Positions 60,765 through 64,000 of a stretch of 64,000 bases of DNA are shown here, one piece after another. Numbering within the stretch: position 1 is the first letter of the stretch; the number at the start of each line of letters is the position of its first letter. The stretch comes from Tagaea sp. Lineage in GTDB: Bacteria; Pseudomonadota; Alphaproteobacteria; CACIAM-22H2. Below the pieces are notes generated by a model. It did no database searches. It was not told the origin of the DNA and saw only the letters and a list, made by a program, of their open reading frames with translations. The stretch covers positions 224,001 to 288,000 of the forward strand of contig CBDIIB010000002.1 of NCBI GenBank assembly GCA_965279525.1, written 5' to 3'. A program made the translations under genes and the position numbers.

Positions 60765-62474
60765 ATGAGCGCCAATGCAGCGGCCGTTGCCGCCCCCGCG
60801 CCTATGACGCGCGAAGAGAAGAAGGTCATCCTGGCATCCTCGCTGGGCACCGTCTTCGAGTGGTACGACTTCTATCTCTACGGATCTCTCGCAGCGGTCA
60901 TCGGCGCGCAGTTCTTCAGTGCGTTCCCCGAGGCGCAGCGCAACGTCTTCGCGTTGCTCGCGTTTGCCGCCGGCTTCCTGGTGCGCCCGTTCGGCGCGCT
61001 GGTGTTCGGCCGTCTGGGCGACATGGTGGGGCGCAAGTACACCTTCCTCATCACCATCGTCATCATGGGTGCCTCGACATTCCTCGTCGGCTGCCTGCCC
61101 AGCTACAACTCGATTGGCGTCATCGCGCCGATCGTCCTCATCGCGCTTCGCATGCTCCAGGGCCTCGCCCTGGGCGGCGAATATGGCGGTGCGGCCGTCT
61201 ACGTCGCGGAGCACGCTCCGCAGGGACGCCGCGGCTTCTACACGAGCTGGATCCAGACGACGGCCACGCTCGGCCTGCTGCTGTCGCTGATCGTCATCCT
61301 GACGGTCCGCCTGCAACTCGGCGAGAAAGAGTTCGCCGAATGGGGCTGGCGCATCCCGTTCCTGGTTTCGATCTTCCTGCTCGGGATCTCGGTCTGGATC
61401 CGGCTGCAGATGGAAGAAAGCCCGGCATTCAAGAAGATGAAGGAAGAGGGGACCCACTCCAAGGCGCCGCTCTCGGAAGCCTTCGGCCAGTGGAAAAACG
61501 CGAAGATCGCGCTGCTCGCCCTGCTCGGCCTGGTCGCCGGACAGGCGGTGGTCTGGTACACGGGCCAGTTCTACGCGCTGTTCTTCCTGCAGGCGATCCT
61601 CAAGATCGACCTGTTCACGGCCAACGTGCTGATCGCCTGGTCGCTGGTGTTCGGGACGGGCGGGTTCATCGTCTTCGGGGCCTTGTCAGACAGGATCGGC
61701 CGCAAGCCGATTATCCTGGCCGGCTGCCTGATCGCGGCGGTGACGTACTTCCCGCTGTTCACGGCACTGACCGAAACGGCCGACCCCACGCTGGCGGCAG
61801 CGCAGAAGAACGCGCCCGTCGTCGTCACGGCCGATCCGGCGGACTGCTCGTTCCAGTTCAACCCGACCGGAACGGTGAAGTTCACCAGCTCGTGCGACAT
61901 CGCCAAGTCGTTCCTGGCGCGCAACTCGGTCGCCTACAAGACCGAAGCGGGTGCGCCGGGATCGAACGCGCAGATCGCCATCGGCCCGGTCGTCGTCCCG
62001 TCCTATGACGCCGAGAAACTGGGCGCAGCGGCAGGGGCGGCGGCCACGGCGTTCAACACGGCGGCCACCGCGGCGATCTACGCCGCCGGCTATCCGCGTG
62101 CGAACGACCCAGACAAGGTCAAGGTGACGGGGATATTCGACGTGTTCCGTCCGCAGCCGTTCAAGGTCGTCATCATCCTGACGATCATGGTCATCTACGT
62201 GACCATGGTGTACGGCCCGATCGCGGCGGCCCTGGTCGAACTCTTCCCGACCCGCATCCGCTACACCTCGATGTCGCTGCCCTACCACATCGGCAACGGC
62301 TGGTTCGGCGGGCTGCTGCCGGCCACGTCGTTCGCGATGGTCGCCCAGACCGGCGATATCTATTACGGCCTCTGGTACCCGATCGTCGTGGCGCTCGGCA
62401 CCTGCGTCATCGGGTTGCTGTTCGTGCCCGAAACCAAGGACCGCGACATCTACACCTACGAGGGCCAGCGCTAG
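60765..62474 (+). CDS. MFS metabolite:H+ symporter (MHS family)
   Basis: GTVFEWYDF, RP.G...FG.LGD..GRK, GGEYGG, ELFPTRIRY. GGGAG RBS at 60751. Confidence 0.93.
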   Translation: MSANAAAVAAPAPMTREEKKVILASSLGTVFEWYDFYLYGSLAAVIGAQFFSAFPEAQRNVFALLAFAAGFLVRPFGALVFGRLGDMVGRKYTFLITIVIMGASTFLVGCLPSYNSIGVIAPIVLIALRMLQGLALGGEYGGAAVYVAEHAPQGRRGFYTSWIQTTATLGLLLSLIVILTVRLQLGEKEFAEWGWRIPFLVSIFLLGISVWIRLQMEESPAFKKMKEEGTHSKAPLSEAFGQWKNAKIALLALLGLVAGQAVVWYTGQFYALFFLQAILKIDLFTANVLIAWSLVFGTGGFIVFGALSDRIGRKPIILAGCLIAAVTYFPLFTALTETADPTLAAAQKNAPVVVTADPADCSFQFNPTGTVKFTSSCDIAKSFLARNSVAYKTEAGAPGSNAQIAIGPVVVPSYDAEKLGAAAGAAATAFNTAATAAIYAAGYPRANDPDKVKVTGIFDVFRPQPFKVVIILTIMVIYVTMVYGPIAAALVELFPTRIRYTSMSLPYHIGNGWFGGLLPATSFAMVAQTGDIYYGLWYPIVVALGTCVIGLLFVPETKDRDIYTYEGQR

Positions 62475-62554
62475 GCACCTCGCACGTCTCGCCCGTCCGG
62501 CTTGCGCCGGACGGGCCGGGTAGTCTCCACCGGCGTGGACCTACCCCAACTCGG

Positions 62555-62586
62555 AGGGCTCCGCCTTGCGGCGGGGCCCTTTTTTT
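62555..62586 (+). terminator. Rho-independent terminator
   Basis: AGGGCTCCGCC-TTGC-GGCGGGGCCCT followed by a T tract. Confidence 0.85.
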
Positions 62587-62602
62587 GTCTCTTTTGCATC
62601 GG

Positions 62603-62631
62603 TTGCCCTTGCGGTCCATTGAGCCTATGTT
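62603..62631 (+). promoter_or_regulatory. sigma70 promoter of 6S RNA
   Basis: TTGCCC-N17-TATGTT, ending 7 nt before the predicted RNA start. Confidence 0.6.
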
Positions 62632-62638
62632 CCGCCTT

Positions 62639-62799
62639 GGACGGGGCTGCGGGGTGCGTTCAGGCACGCGTATTCCCCGGGGCGATAATAACTCCTAGGG
62701 GGCTGTCCCTATCGGCATCTTGGTGCTGACATATGGCCCCCACCTGCTGTTAGCGGGCCACGGAGGAAAGCAACGCCGACGGCCACTGTGGCTCCGTCC
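62639..62799 (+). ncRNA. ssrS: 6S RNA
   Basis: Long rod closed by GGACGGGGCTGCGG/CTGTGGCTCCGTCC, with alphaproteobacterial-type GGGGGCTGTCCCT and CCCACCTG segments. Lies directly upstream of the 5-formyl-THF cyclo-ligase gene. Confidence 0.85.
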
Positions 62800-62862
62800 A
62801 CCTTCCCTGACGACCCCCGCCCCTGATGCCCCCGATCGGAAGTCGCAAGGCCGCCTCAGTCC

Positions 62863-63504
62863 GTGACCGCGCTCCCGCCCCGCAACGAGGAACTCGACGA
62901 CGCCAAGGCCGAGCTGCGCGTGGCCGCGCGCGAGCGGCGCGAGCGTTTCCACGCGATCGATGGTGCCGGTGCCGCGCGCGCCGTGCGCGACCGCTTCCTT
63001 GCAAAGGTGCCGCTCGCGCACGATGCCGTCGTCGCCGGCTATTGGCCCTTCGGCGCCGAACTCGACCCCATGCCGCTGCTCCACGCACTCCACCAGCGCG
63101 GCCACCGGCTTGCCCTGCCGGTCGTCGTGCGGCGGCGGGCACCGCTGATCTTCCGCCGGTGGCAGCCCGGCGACGAGATGGATACCCACCGCTTCGGCAT
63201 GAGCGAGCCCAGATCCACGAGCCCCGAGATCGATCCCGACATGCTGCTCTGTCCGTTGCTCGCCTTCGACGGCGAGGGCAACCGCATCGGCTATGGCGGC
63301 GGGTTCTACGACCGCACGATCCTCCAGCAGCGGCACTTCCATCCGATGCGCACGGTCGGGCTCGCCTATTCGGTCCAGCGCGTCGAGCGCATCCCGACCA
63401 CCATCCACGACCAGAAGCTCGACTGGGTCGTCACCGAGAAGGAAGCGCTGTCGATGCGGACGGACAAGAAGGCCCAGGGCTGGATGTCGTGGTGGCCGTG
63501 GTGA
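62863..63504 (+). CDS. ygfA: 5-formyltetrahydrofolate cyclo-ligase
   Basis: K.ELR, Y.P...E.D, PLLAFD..G.R.GYGGGFYDR, HD..LD.VVTE. Confidence 0.93.
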   Translation: MTALPPRNEELDDAKAELRVAARERRERFHAIDGAGAARAVRDRFLAKVPLAHDAVVAGYWPFGAELDPMPLLHALHQRGHRLALPVVVRRRAPLIFRRWQPGDEMDTHRFGMSEPRSTSPEIDPDMLLCPLLAFDGEGNRIGYGGGFYDRTILQQRHFHPMRTVGLAYSVQRVERIPTTIHDQKLDWVVTEKEALSMRTDKKAQGWMSWWPW

Positions 63505-64000
63505 AGCTGCTTTTCCTCGGCGACATCGTCGGCCGTTCGGGGCGCGACGCGGTGGCGCGCCACCTGCCGGGCTTGCGCAAGTCGCTCGGCCTCGATTTCG
63601 TCGTCGCCAACGGCGAGAACGCGGCCGGCGGTTTCGGCATCACCGACAAGATCGCGCTTGAGCTTTATGCCGCCGGCGTCGACTGCATCACGACCGGCAA
63701 CCATGTGTGGGACCAGCGCGAGCTGATGCTGACGATCGACCGCGATCCCAAGCTGCTGCGGCCGCTCAACTTCCCCAAGGGCACGCCGGGCAAGGGGGCA
63801 GGGGTCTACCGCCTGTCGGGCGGCCAGTCGATCGTCGTCGTCAATGTCATGGCGCGCCTTTTCATGGACGCGCTCGACGATCCGTTCGCGGCGGTCGAAA
63901 CGCTTCTGGGCCAGCACAAGCTTGGCGCCGGCGGTATTGGCGCCATCCTGATCGACGTGCATGGCGAGGCGTCGAGCGAGAAATACGCGCTCGGCCATTT
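63501..64000 (+). CDS. YmdB/TIGR00282 metallophosphoesterase, 3'-partial (not in the ORF track)
   Basis: GTG start, KLLFLGDIVGRSGR, NGENAAGGFG, TTGNHVWD, LRPLN, D.HGEASSEK. Confidence 0.92.
   Translation, partial: MKLLFLGDIVGRSGRDAVARHLPGLRKSLGLDFVVANGENAAGGFGITDKIALELYAAGVDCITTGNHVWDQRELMLTIDRDPKLLRPLNFPKGTPGKGAGVYRLSGGQSIVVVNVMARLFMDALDDPFAAVETLLGQHKLGAGGIGAILIDVHGEASSEKYALGH

Overview
High-GC chromosomal window from an alphaproteobacterium, probably Rhodospirillales-like (inferred from trxB-LysR, yqeY-dnaG-rpoD-tRNA-Ile2, sahR-metF-metH and ssrS-ygfA-ymdB synteny). It holds about 60 CDSs, one tRNA and 6S RNA. Most are housekeeping or transport genes. No CRISPR array, integrase, transposase or prophage was seen. 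Best leads: (1) a functionally uncharacterised module of a solute:sodium symporter, DUF4212, a CBS-DUF294 nucleotidyltransferase and a membrane PAS-DEDDh nuclease; (2) an AbcR-like sRNA candidate with tandem LysR boxes downstream of an LsrB/VtlR-type regulator; (3) a 642-aa unknown protein with four apparent His-terminated modules, located where msrQ usually follows msrP and converging on a 2OG-Fe(II) oxygenase; (4) an IHF site with 10-bp phased GTCAAC repeats beside a toxin-antitoxin pair; (5) a PDZ protease with a degenerate catalytic triad. Three loci carry single-base insertions that look like sequencing errors. All family calls come from motif recognition by eye, not from database searches.
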